Below are positions 56,007 to 64,000 of a stretch of DNA of 64,000 bases, piece after piece; position 1 is the first letter of the stretch, and every line of letters begins with the position of its first letter. Both the position numbers and the translations under genes were made by a program. The notes below the pieces were generated by a model that was not told the DNA's origin, searched no databases, and saw only the letters and a program-made list of their open reading frames with translations. The stretch is from Candidatus Moraniibacteriota bacterium (GTDB taxonomy: Bacteria; Patescibacteriota; Minisyncoccia; Moranbacterales; UBA2206). The DNA is taken from contig JBAQNP010000020.1 of NCBI GenBank assembly GCA_049303905.1, forward strand, positions 78,309 through 142,308. The letters are read 5' to 3'.

Positions 56007-57242
56007 ATGATAAAATTTCCCATCATCATAAAGAAAGATATCGGATTGGATAATTATAATAAATGGCAAAAATATTATAATAGAAAAGAAAATGATCATG
56101 AATGTTTTAAGGAGGAAGGACTCTGGAGAAGAAGTCAGTGCGTTATAAATAAAGAACATTCAGATTGGTTAAATCAGGATGATAAAAGAAGAAGAATTGT
56201 GCACTATGAGCATGAGTTTGGAGTTTCAAAAAAAGAAAAATTTTTTAATTTTATACTTAAAAAAACATACATTTGGATTAGTTTATGCTTGCCAGCCGAA
56301 GAAATAGATGAATACTATTTGAATATCATAAAGAAGCTTGAAAATAATAAGTTCTGGATAAGGAATTATACCAGAAAAGATCTCTATAGTTGCGGGGATC
56401 TTTTTTTATCGATTAAAAGAAAAAAGAATACAAAAGAAGATATAGAACAAAAAAGATTTTTTCCTGAAAATTATGAAATTTTGGAGATAAATTTTTATTC
56501 TAAAAATAATTATAAGGATGAAAAATTTATTTCAAAGCCATGGCTGGTCTTGAAAAATGGCGTAAGGAAAAAGGATGTTAGGGGTAATCCTTTTATTACA
56601 GATGATCCATCGATTATATTGAAATATCTTCCAGCTCAAATAGAGTTGGGTGGCGGAGCGTCAATTGAAGCGGGTATTTACCCCCTTCATTTTTTACATG
56701 AAATTTATAGTGTTTGTGATAGAGAAAAGAATTTTATTTTTAATTATAAAAAAGACAATATCGTAAGAGAAATTATCACAAATCCGAGAAAATTGATTGA
56801 TAAAATTAGTTTAATGCACAAAAAAATTATCAATACTAATCCTAATCGTTTTTACAAAACATTAAAATTTTTGTACGATAAAAATTTTATAGTTGGACCA
56901 ATAATAACCAATAATTTTGATGGACTCATAAGACAAGTTGGTTTGAATGAATTGTATGTGAGGAAATATAGTGACAATATTTTTCCCAATGTAGATTTTC
57001 ATAAGGACGCAAAAAGTTTGATTGTCGTTGGTTCTCATGCTGATAGAAGGCGTGTTCAAAAAACTGCTAGAGAAAAAGGACTTAAGGTTATATATGTTGA
57101 TCCGGAGGGTTATTGGAATAAAAAAGGTTTTTTTGTTCCTTATCCACTGGAATCTCCACAGAATAACGATATAATAATAAAAAGTGAGGCAGGTGATGTT
57201 TTTTGCATATTGAAAAAGATTATAGGAAAATTAGTTTGTTAA
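56007..57242 (+). CDS. Fusion protein: unknown N-terminal domain + SIR2-like (sirtuin-fold) C-terminal domain lacking the Zn module
   Basis: The C-terminal half has sirtuin motifs LGGGASIEAGI (GAGIS-like), ITNNFDGLIRQ (TQNIDGL-like) and LIVVGSHADRR (VVGTSL-like). No CxxC…CxxC zinc ribbon lies between them. Confidence 0.45.
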   Translation: MIKFPIIIKKDIGLDNYNKWQKYYNRKENDHECFKEEGLWRRSQCVINKEHSDWLNQDDKRRRIVHYEHEFGVSKKEKFFNFILKKTYIWISLCLPAEEIDEYYLNIIKKLENNKFWIRNYTRKDLYSCGDLFLSIKRKKNTKEDIEQKRFFPENYEILEINFYSKNNYKDEKFISKPWLVLKNGVRKKDVRGNPFITDDPSIILKYLPAQIELGGGASIEAGIYPLHFLHEIYSVCDREKNFIFNYKKDNIVREIITNPRKLIDKISLMHKKIINTNPNRFYKTLKFLYDKNFIVGPIITNNFDGLIRQVGLNELYVRKYSDNIFPNVDFHKDAKSLIVVGSHADRRRVQKTAREKGLKVIYVDPEGYWNKKGFFVPYPLESPQNNDIIIKSEAGDVFCILKKIIGKLVC

Positions 57243-57341
57243 ACTAAAATAAAAAATTTATATTGCTTAGAGCAACAAATTATGTTGCCCTTTTTTTGTG
57301 TTTTATGCTACAATAAAATCACTAAAAGCTAAGATAAAAAT

Positions 57342-57818
57342 ATGGCGGAGAATATTTATGTTTCACTGGATGAAGCGAGGGAGGAAATTAAGAAACGATG
57401 GAATGATGTGGAACTCCGAAAAAAAGTGGAAGAAGAGTTGGAGGATAATTTTATGCCAGAATTTAAGGATAATCCTCGGGCAGTTCTTTTTCGTCAAATA
57501 TGTCCGGCAGACAATGGCTTTGAATTCTTCTTTTATTCCGGGAAATATATAAAGGCAGAACCTTTAATATTGGAATATCATGATGATATGTTTGTTTCTT
57601 TTAATGAAGAGAAAAAGGGGCTTGGCCGCGTAAGGGTAAAATTAGATGATGGATCTCCTGCAATGATAGATATAATGAATTTTCATGAAAATGAAAAAAA
57701 GAAGCTAGGCGAATGTGCTTTAAAGACAGGTGAAAAATTAGTTGATTTTCATCATAATCTTTTTGATTTATTGAATTATAAAATTGAAGTTTGTCGAAAG
57801 GGATCAGGAAAAACTTGA
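57342..57818 (+). CDS. Hypothetical protein (158 aa)
   Basis: Its last 12 codons lie in the duplicated 55-bp repeat, read in a different frame from the ATP-grasp gene. Confidence 0.35.
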   Translation: MAENIYVSLDEAREEIKKRWNDVELRKKVEEELEDNFMPEFKDNPRAVLFRQICPADNGFEFFFYSGKYIKAEPLILEYHDDMFVSFNEEKKGLGRVRVKLDDGSPAMIDIMNFHENEKKKLGECALKTGEKLVDFHHNLFDLLNYKIEVCRKGSGKT

Positions 57819-57838
57819 AGAGTGGGGGTTGATATAGA
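57784..57838. repeat. Direct repeat, copy 2
   Basis: ATTGAAGTTTGTCGAAAGGGATCAGGAAAAACTTGAAGAGTGGGGGTTGATATAG. Confidence 0.6.
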
Positions 57839-57885
57839 TTAAAGGGAGATTAAAGGGGTCGGTACCTCTTTAGTTGTTTTTTGTC

Positions 57886-57914
57886 TTGACAATATTTTTT
57901 ATGTTTGCTATACT
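57886..57914 (+). promoter_or_regulatory. Promoter of cassette copy 2 (TTGACA-17-TATACT)
   Basis: Consensus -35 and -10 with a 17-nt spacer. Confidence 0.55.
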
Positions 57915-57940
57915 TTATCAAAGTAAAGTGGTATAAAACG

Positions 57941-58267
57941 ATGAAAAAGTTAAATGATAATAAAACTGAAGATTTAATGCAAGCTATTTTGGCGTTGGAA
58001 AGCAAAAAAGAAGCCAAGATGTTTTTGCGTGACCTTTTGACGGAAAAGGAAATTTTGGAATTGGGTAATCGCTGGAAAGCGGTGCAAATGTTAGACCAGA
58101 AAAAAACTTATTCTGAAATCGAAAAAGAAACTGGCCTTAGTTCAACCACAGTGGCGCGAATCTCCAAATGGTTTCAAGAAGGCACAGGTGGATACGGCTT
58201 AATACTAAACAGAATTTCCAAAAATCATCACAAAACCTCTTCTAGTTCTAGAAAGCGGTTGATTTAG
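57941..58267 (+). CDS. TrpR-like (YerC/YecD family) DNA-binding protein, copy 2
   Basis: About 90% identical to 42646-42972. The ORF-track start at 57905 is a TTG; the ATG at 57941 matches the paralog. Confidence 0.7.
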   Translation: MKKLNDNKTEDLMQAILALESKKEAKMFLRDLLTEKEILELGNRWKAVQMLDQKKTYSEIEKETGLSSTTVARISKWFQEGTGGYGLILNRISKNHHKTSSSSRKRLI

Positions 58268-58371
58268 ATTTTTAGTTATTTATCTTCACAAACCTCTTTC
58301 TGGGATAGGAAGAGGTTTTTTTTATGCCTCTTAATATTGGTACATTAAAAATTAAATGTAAGGAGAAGAAA

Positions 58372-58773
58372 ATGAAAATCAACAAATCAATGATTAACAG
58401 TGAAATTTTGAACAAGGTAAGTTTCGGCAGAGCCATTCATCGGGATGGAACTAAGGCGCCGGACTTGATTGATGTGATTTTGCAAAATCATCTCAACGGA
58501 CAAGTGCTCTATGGTGCTTCTATGAACCAGGAAAATTTCGCAGAAACATTGGAAATTGGTTTTGTTGTTCTTTATAGCAAATCCAGAAAGACCCGCTGGT
58601 TCAAAGGAGAAACAAGCGGAGACAAGCTTCAAGTCGTTAATATTTTCTTAAATTGCAATAACGATCAATTATTGATCCAAGTTATTCCAATTGGAGCAGG
58701 CGTGTGTCACGAAAAAGATGAAAATGGCATTTCAAAACCAACATGCTTCAGCAAATTGTTGCTGGAAGTATAA
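58372..58773 (+). CDS. hisI: Phosphoribosyl-AMP cyclohydrolase (HisI)
   Basis: SRKTRWFKGETSGDKLQVVNIFLNCNNDQLLIQVIPIGAGVCH matches the HisI core. The start is set at the ATG preceded by AAGGAGAAGAAA (track start 58324). Confidence 0.7.
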   Translation: MKINKSMINSEILNKVSFGRAIHRDGTKAPDLIDVILQNHLNGQVLYGASMNQENFAETLEIGFVVLYSKSRKTRWFKGETSGDKLQVVNIFLNCNNDQLLIQVIPIGAGVCHEKDENGISKPTCFSKLLLEV

Positions 58774-58800
58774 ACTAAAAAAACAAAAGGAGAAAAAGAA

Positions 58801-59655
58801 ATGAAAAAAAATTTGATTTTGGGAATTCCTTCTGGTTCACTTTTTGATTCTACGGTGGCTTTGCTTCGAAAAGTAGGAATTGAAGTGGTGGTTAATGGGC
58901 GCAATTTTATGGCAGAAATTAGAGGAAGTGATATTTTTTCTCGCGCGATAATTATGAGACCTAATGATCTTCCTCTGGCGCTCAAAAACGGAATTGTTGA
59001 CGGCATCATCACGGGACTTGATATGTGCCTAGAAAGTGGCTTGGAAAAAGAGCTTTGTATAATGGTAGAGCTTAACTTTTCCAAAAAATCCAAAGTGCCG
59101 GCTCGAGTCGTGGTTTTCTGCCGAGAAAATGATTGTGATGAAATAGTTGATTCAGGAGAAATCTTAGTTTCATCAGAATATATGGAATTGGCGAGAAATA
59201 TTTTCAAAAAATCGAAAATAGTTTTCTCTACTGGCTCGACTGAAATCAAAGTCGCTATTGAGGAATTTGGTTTCCGATACGGCGTTGGCGTGGTCGAAAG
59301 TGGAAAGAGCCTTAAGGACAATAATCTCAAGATTGTGAAAGTTATCCTGACAACCCCGGTGATTTTTGCTGTGAGAAAAGAAAGTCTGGAATTTGAAATT
59401 TTCGGCCAAATGCTCAAGGGGGCGCTGGAAGCGGAGATGTATCAATTGGTGAAATTCAATGCAGATTCAAAAGACAAGGATCGGCTGATTGATATTTTGC
59501 CTGCTATGGAATCACCAACCATCAGCAATCTTGCTGATGGCATGATCGCAATCGAGACTGTTATTACTAAAGAAAAAATCACTGATTCGATTATAGCAAT
59601 CAAGAAATCGGGAGGCAGAAATATTCTAGTACAAAACTTGAATATTTCTCTGTAA
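58801..59655 (+). CDS. hisG: ATP phosphoribosyltransferase, long form (HisG), copy 2
   Basis: About 90% identical to 43080-43934. Confidence 0.7.
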   Translation: MKKNLILGIPSGSLFDSTVALLRKVGIEVVVNGRNFMAEIRGSDIFSRAIIMRPNDLPLALKNGIVDGIITGLDMCLESGLEKELCIMVELNFSKKSKVPARVVVFCRENDCDEIVDSGEILVSSEYMELARNIFKKSKIVFSTGSTEIKVAIEEFGFRYGVGVVESGKSLKDNNLKIVKVILTTPVIFAVRKESLEFEIFGQMLKGALEAEMYQLVKFNADSKDKDRLIDILPAMESPTISNLADGMIAIETVITKEKITDSIIAIKKSGGRNILVQNLNISL

Positions 59656-59661
59656 AAGACA

Positions 59662-59698
59662 AAGGGCGTGATGGTATCATTCATCCGCCCTTTTAATA
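59662..59698 (+). terminator. Rho-independent terminator (paralog of 43941-43980)
   Basis: AAGGGCG-TGATGGTATCATTCATC-CGCCCTTTT. Confidence 0.65.
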
Positions 59699-59753
59699 TT
59701 TGAATTTATTCTTACATTATGCTAGATTTAGTAGGAAATAAGCTAATATTTCT

Positions 59754-60545
59754 ATGAAAAAATACTTATTATTTTTCAAAAACTCTATTTCCGAAGCGTT
59801 GATATATCGCTCGCATATTTTTATGCTTATTATTTCCCAAGCAATTTCGCTGTTTGTTTTTATTTTTCTCTGGAAAGCCATTTATGCGGAGGGAAATCAA
59901 ATTGGGGGATATTCACTGAGCGGACTTATTAATTATTATATTCTTTCGGCAATTATTTCTTTTGTAATTCAAGGCGTGGATGTCGCTTGGAGAGTTGGCG
60001 ATGAAATTAGACTCGGAAATATTACCAACTTTATCCTAAAGCCAATAAATTATTTTTGGTCAACGCTTTGGATTGTGGCGGGAAAGTCTTTCTTAAATCT
60101 GCTTATTTCTTTTATTATTGTGGTGCCAATAATTTTATTCAGTACTAACTTTTTTGGTGAAGGTTTGGATTTTACTAAGATTATTTTTTTTATTTTTTCA
60201 ATTTTTTTAGCTTTTATCATTTTTGTTTTATTTTTCTATATAGTCGGGCTAGCCACTTTTTGGCTGGGTGAAGTTAGGGGCTTTAATTTTCTGGTGCGAA
60301 TGATTATGTTTTTTTTGGCAGGGAATATTGTGCCGTTAGATCTACTGCCAAAAATAATTTCCAATATTAATAATTTTCTGCCGTTTAGATTTATTACTTG
60401 GTTTCCTATTGCTATTTGGAGCGGAAAGCTGGAGTTGAATTTTTCGATTTTCATTCCGAGTTTAATTTGGATTTTGATATTGGGATTTTTGGCTAATTTT
60501 ATTTTTAAAAAAGGTTTAGAACAATATGAAGGACAAGGCGCTTAA
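59754..60545 (+). CDS. ABC-2-type transporter permease
   Basis: Six hydrophobic helices; first of a tandem permease pair. Confidence 0.55.
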   Translation: MKKYLLFFKNSISEALIYRSHIFMLIISQAISLFVFIFLWKAIYAEGNQIGGYSLSGLINYYILSAIISFVIQGVDVAWRVGDEIRLGNITNFILKPINYFWSTLWIVAGKSFLNLLISFIIVVPIILFSTNFFGEGLDFTKIIFFIFSIFLAFIIFVLFFYIVGLATFWLGEVRGFNFLVRMIMFFLAGNIVPLDLLPKIISNINNFLPFRFITWFPIAIWSGKLELNFSIFIPSLIWILILGFLANFIFKKGLEQYEGQGA

Positions 60546-61338
60546 GATAAAAAAATATCTCAAAGTTTTTATTCATTTTAAGAGGATAAATTTCGTTGAA
60601 CGTGTTGCCTTTCGATTAGGTTTTTTTCTGATGGCTTTTGGAGTATTTTTAATGCTGTTTTTTAATTTATTTTTTATTAAAATAATTTTTGGCTGGGTAG
60701 AGAATATTAATGGCTGGAATTATTATGAAGCCCTCTTGGTGGTGGGAACTGTGCTACTTCTAGATGGCTTTATGTGGGTTAGCTGTGCTTTCGTCCATGT
60801 TCTTGGTCAGCACATTAAAATGGGAACACTGGATTCTTTGATTATAAAACCGATGGATTGCCAGTTTCTAGTTTCCGTTTATCGTGGAGATCTGGAGGAT
60901 GCGGTAAGAATTGCAACAGGACTTGGAGTGATGATCTTTGCGCTTAGTAATCTGGGGAATTTTGGTTGGGGATTTTTGTTGAATATTTTTTGGTATTTAA
61001 TTTTAGTTTTCAATGCTTTTGTTATAATCTATAGCATTTCAATTATATTGACTTCTATAAAATTTTGGACGATTGAATCTGGGGGATTTCATGTGGCAGA
61101 TACGGTCGTGAGAGTGTCTCAATATCCCACAGATATTTTTAGCGGAAAAATTATTCATTTTATTTTTTCCTTTATTTTTCCTTTGGCATTTATCGCCACT
61201 GTTCCGGCAAAAATTTTGGCGCATGGTTTTCAATGGCAACTAGTCGGCGAATCTTTTTTGATAGCGATAATATTTTTTTGGCTTGCCAGAAAAGTTTGGA
61301 AATTAGGACTAAGTAAATATTCCAGCGCCAGTAGTTAA
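60526..61338 (+). CDS. ABC-2-type transporter permease
   Basis: Six hydrophobic helices; overlaps the previous gene by 20 nt. Confidence 0.55.
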   Translation: MKDKALKIKKYLKVFIHFKRINFVERVAFRLGFFLMAFGVFLMLFFNLFFIKIIFGWVENINGWNYYEALLVVGTVLLLDGFMWVSCAFVHVLGQHIKMGTLDSLIIKPMDCQFLVSVYRGDLEDAVRIATGLGVMIFALSNLGNFGWGFLLNIFWYLILVFNAFVIIYSISIILTSIKFWTIESGGFHVADTVVRVSQYPTDIFSGKIIHFIFSFIFPLAFIATVPAKILAHGFQWQLVGESFLIAIIFFWLARKVWKLGLSKYSSASS

Positions 61339-61359
61339 TTAATAATTTTTTAAAATAAA

Positions 61360-62337
61360 ATGTCAATCATCTCAATTAGAAATCTAAACAAGACTTATTT
61401 TTCCAGCAAGAAAGAGCCGGGAGTTTGGGCGGGGATAAAAAGTTTGTTTAGACCTAACATTATAAGAATATCGGCAGTGCAAGATGTTAGTTTTGAAATT
61501 CAGGAAGGGGAGCTTGTGGGATTTCTTGGGCCAAATGGCGCAGGAAAAACCACCACACTTAAAATGCTTTCTGGGATAATCAAATCAACTAGCGGAGAAA
61601 TAAGCGTGATGGGATTTGATCCTTGGGAAAAAAAGAATGAATATAAAAAACAGTTTGCGTTACTGATGGGGCAAAAAAATCAGCTTTGGTGGGATTTGCC
61701 GGTAATGGAAAGTTTTCTTTTGAACAAGGAAATATATGATATCCCTAATGATCAATTTGAAAAAACACTAAAGGAATTAGTGGAACTTTTAGACATAAAA
61801 AAAGTATTGGATATTCAAGTGAGAAAATTGTCACTGGGAGAAAGAATGAAATGCGAGTTGGTTGCTTCGCTTTTACATTCTCCCAAGGTGCTTTTTTTGG
61901 ATGAGCCAACAATTGGACTGGATGTGGTGGCGCAAAAAAATATTCGAGATTTTTTGAAGAAATATAATAAAGAAAAGAAAATCACTATCATTCTCACTTC
62001 CCATTATATGGAAGATATTGAAAAGCTTTGCAAGAGAATTATTATCATTAATCAAAAAATATTTTATGATGGGTCACTTTCGGAATTAATTGAAAAATAT
62101 GCTAAAAATAAGATTCTAAGAGTGACTTTTGAAGATTCTGTGAAAGAAGCGGATATAAAAAAATTTGGCACCGATTATGAATTTGATCCGGTGGATGTGA
62201 AATTTAGATTTCCTCGGGAGCAAGTGAAAGAAAAAGCCAGGGAGATTTTGTCTTCCAATTTACCGGTAGATGACATTATGATTGACGAAGTGGAAGCGGA
62301 AAGTATTATTCGGGATATTTTTGGAAAGGTGAATTAA
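61360..62337 (+). CDS. ABC transporter ATP-binding protein
   Basis: Walker A GPNGAGKTT, signature LSLGERMK, Walker B LFLDEPT. Confidence 0.85.
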   Translation: MSIISIRNLNKTYFSSKKEPGVWAGIKSLFRPNIIRISAVQDVSFEIQEGELVGFLGPNGAGKTTTLKMLSGIIKSTSGEISVMGFDPWEKKNEYKKQFALLMGQKNQLWWDLPVMESFLLNKEIYDIPNDQFEKTLKELVELLDIKKVLDIQVRKLSLGERMKCELVASLLHSPKVLFLDEPTIGLDVVAQKNIRDFLKKYNKEKKITIILTSHYMEDIEKLCKRIIIINQKIFYDGSLSELIEKYAKNKILRVTFEDSVKEADIKKFGTDYEFDPVDVKFRFPREQVKEKAREILSSNLPVDDIMIDEVEAESIIRDIFGKVN

Positions 62338-62593
62338 TAAAATAGGTATTTTTGACTATTTTACTTGTATGATTTGTAAATAATATTGAATCCGAGTTCA
62401 AGGCTGTCGGTATCCAAGAAAGAAATTTGGAGGAGATGGGATGGAGGATGTTGATATGAGAAAAAAAGATTTTTTGAACATGAGCTTACTTAGAATTTTG
62501 AACTTGCTTTTTTATAAAATTCGGATTAAATTAGACATAGAAGATTGAGGGGGTTTTAATTAAAAAACGCTCATTTTAAAAAGGAGAAATGTC

Positions 62594-62779
62594 ATGACGA
62601 ATACACAGCTCTTTGTTATTTCGAAAGTCATTGAATGGTGCAATAATAATCTTGAAAAAATGAAAGGAGAAGGCAAAACACAGAAAGAAATAGTTTCTGC
62701 TTGCACGGATTCTATCTCTCAATATGAAGTTATTCACCCGAGCGTCGTTCAGCAGTATGTTGGCGCTTGCATGGCTTAA
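62594..62779 (+). CDS. Small Cys-containing protein (61 aa)
   Basis: Strong RBS AAAAGGAGAAATGTC; no signal peptide. Confidence 0.3.
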   Translation: MTNTQLFVISKVIEWCNNNLEKMKGEGKTQKEIVSACTDSISQYEVIHPSVVQQYVGACMA

Positions 62780-62799
62780 TGTTCTTTTTTGTTTCTTGC

Positions 62800-62877
62800 G
62801 GGCGCGTAGTTCTAATTGGCTAGAACATTGGACTCCAAATCCAATAGTTGGGGGTTCGAGTCCCTCCGCGCCTGCCA
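62800..62877 (+). tRNA. tRNA-Trp (anticodon CCA), second divergent copy, CCA encoded
   Basis: Acceptor GGGCGCG/CGCGCCT, anticodon arm TTGGA-CTCCAAA-TCCAA, T-loop TTCGAGT, G73, 3' CCA. Confidence 0.7.
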
Positions 62878-62912
62878 AACCCGTTTTTAGATAAAAACGG
62901 GTTTTATTTATT
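62878..62912 (+). terminator. Rho-independent terminator
   Basis: AAACCCGTTTTT-AGAT-AAAAACGGGTTT followed by TATTT. Confidence 0.5.
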
Positions 62913-62975
62913 GAAAATTTTTTGACAACATAAAACCTCGACAATCAATCTTTAATATGGTAATCTAAAATTAGA

Positions 62976-63959
62976 ATGGATGAAAATAATTATCAAAAAA
63001 CTTACGAAAAAAAGGTTGGCACAGCCAGATTAGACATAAAAAAAGCTGTTGCTGGTCAAAAAGTAAATTGTCGCTTAATGTATAAAGCGGGTTTTTATGG
63101 TGTTGATGATAGCGGAAGCTTAAAAATACTTTTTAGATTAGTTTCTGATTTTGAAGAATTTCAATTTACTAATCCTGCTGCTGATAACTTTGTAAAAATA
63201 TCATCTAGCAATAAAGATGTAAAAATTCGAGTTGAATCAAGATCAAGTGGAGCGTTAGGTAAAGCTTATATTCGACCATGGAGTCGTGGGTTTACTTTGC
63301 ATTTCGCTGAAGCATTTTTAAAAGAAAATGACGAAATATATATTGATTTTAGTAATTGGAAGATACAAACATTCTGTGAAAAAACGTTTGAGTTTAAGAT
63401 TCTTGTTGATTCATTTGCTACTGGAAAATATATTGAAATTGAAAAATCTCCAGAAATTGAAATTGTGCCAGACAAACCATCCCAACTAAAAATTATTGCT
63501 CCAACTCAAGTTAAAATAAATGCACCTTTTAAGGTTTTAATAAAAATCGAAGATCAAAATGGTAATCCTTGCCGTTATCAAAATGGAATATTTAATTTAG
63601 AAAAAAATTCTAAAATCAATGGGCTTCTTGCGAAGGCTAAATTTACAAATGGGAAAGCCATACTGAAATTAATGATTGCCGAAGAGGGGACTTATTTTAT
63701 AAAGGCAAATTTTGGAAATATCAGTGGAAATTCAAATCCACTAATTGGAATTAACAATGCGAAATTAAATTATTATTGGGCTGATCTTCATGCTCAATCG
63801 GAAGAAACAGTTGGAACTAACGATGTGGTTGATTATTTTAATTTCGCTAAAAATTATGCTTTTATTGATATAGCTTCACATCAGGCTAATGATTTTCAAG
63901 TTGCTAATGAGATATGGAAAAAAATTAATAAAACTAGGACTTACGCGTTTGCCAAATAA
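62976..63959 (+). CDS. Hypothetical protein (327 aa)
   Basis: No confident motif; a C-terminal WADLH segment was noted but not interpreted. Confidence 0.35.
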   Translation: MDENNYQKTYEKKVGTARLDIKKAVAGQKVNCRLMYKAGFYGVDDSGSLKILFRLVSDFEEFQFTNPAADNFVKISSSNKDVKIRVESRSSGALGKAYIRPWSRGFTLHFAEAFLKENDEIYIDFSNWKIQTFCEKTFEFKILVDSFATGKYIEIEKSPEIEIVPDKPSQLKIIAPTQVKINAPFKVLIKIEDQNGNPCRYQNGIFNLEKNSKINGLLAKAKFTNGKAILKLMIAEEGTYFIKANFGNISGNSNPLIGINNAKLNYYWADLHAQSEETVGTNDVVDYFNFAKNYAFIDIASHQANDFQVANEIWKKINKTRTYAFAK

Positions 63960-64000
63960 TCAGCAGTTGCCATTCTAGATATCGACCATTTCTGTTCATA

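Noticed and set aside
62976-63959. PHP-domain phosphoesterase, truncated or frameshifted
   Set aside because: A WADLH segment was noticed near the C-terminus, but the HxH and other PHP metal ligands are not evident and the ORF ends cleanly. Insufficient basis to call a domain or a pseudogene.

Overview
This is an AT-rich (~33% GC), gene-dense bacterial window. It mixes core translation and division genes with accessory, mobile and repeat-rich regions. By inference from composition and content (short intergenic regions, Lys-rich ribosomal-protein extensions, a group I intron in a tRNA, many small palindromic elements) it fits a reduced-genome Patescibacteria/CPR-like organism; no search was run to confirm this.

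Core genes supported by the sequence:
- tRNA modification and aminoacylation: mnmA, alaS, tyrS, proS.
- A speD/speH-type S-adenosylmethionine decarboxylase and an ftsA-like division gene.
- A ribosomal cluster: infA, rpmJ, rpsM, rpsK, rpsD, rpoA, rplQ, rplM, rpsI.
- rpmE on the minus strand, then rpsB and tsf.
- A conserved tRNA cluster: Thr(UGU), Tyr(GUA), Thr(GGU), rpmG, Trp(CCA). The second Thr gene is split by a ~205-nt group I-like intron, and two nuclease-like ORFs (Hjc-like; HTH/LAGLIDADG-like) sit between the tRNAs.
- An msbA-like ABC exporter, a three-gene ABC-2 transporter, cysK and trpB2.

Accessory content:
- An IS30-family transposase.
- An 11.8-kb island (17.0-28.8 kb) with NYN, nucleotidyltransferase and AbrB-like genes. 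It also holds a complete Type I restriction-modification operon interrupted by a KAP-family P-loop NTPase and a small membrane protein, an HD hydrolase and a Bro-N-like gene. Its modules are separated by a short junction-repeat family.
- Two paralogous cassettes (TrpR-like regulator, hisI, hisG long form), one of which has lost hisI.
- A 4.1-kb block flanked by 55-bp direct repeats that carries a SIR2-like fusion protein.
- An MccF-like peptidase/kinase/MBL-hydrolase neighbourhood with two small acidic ORFs.

Top non-coding signals:
- A ~190-nt element present twice (4121-4315 and 38377-38558), with fully compensatory base-pair substitutions in two helices.
- A Trp-codon (WW) leader peptide with overlapping antiterminator/terminator upstream of trpB2.
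- A MITE-like palindromic family with TTCACCCTGT termini (three copies).
- An ~80-nt motif conserved upstream of two unrelated genes.

No CRISPR array or cas genes were seen.
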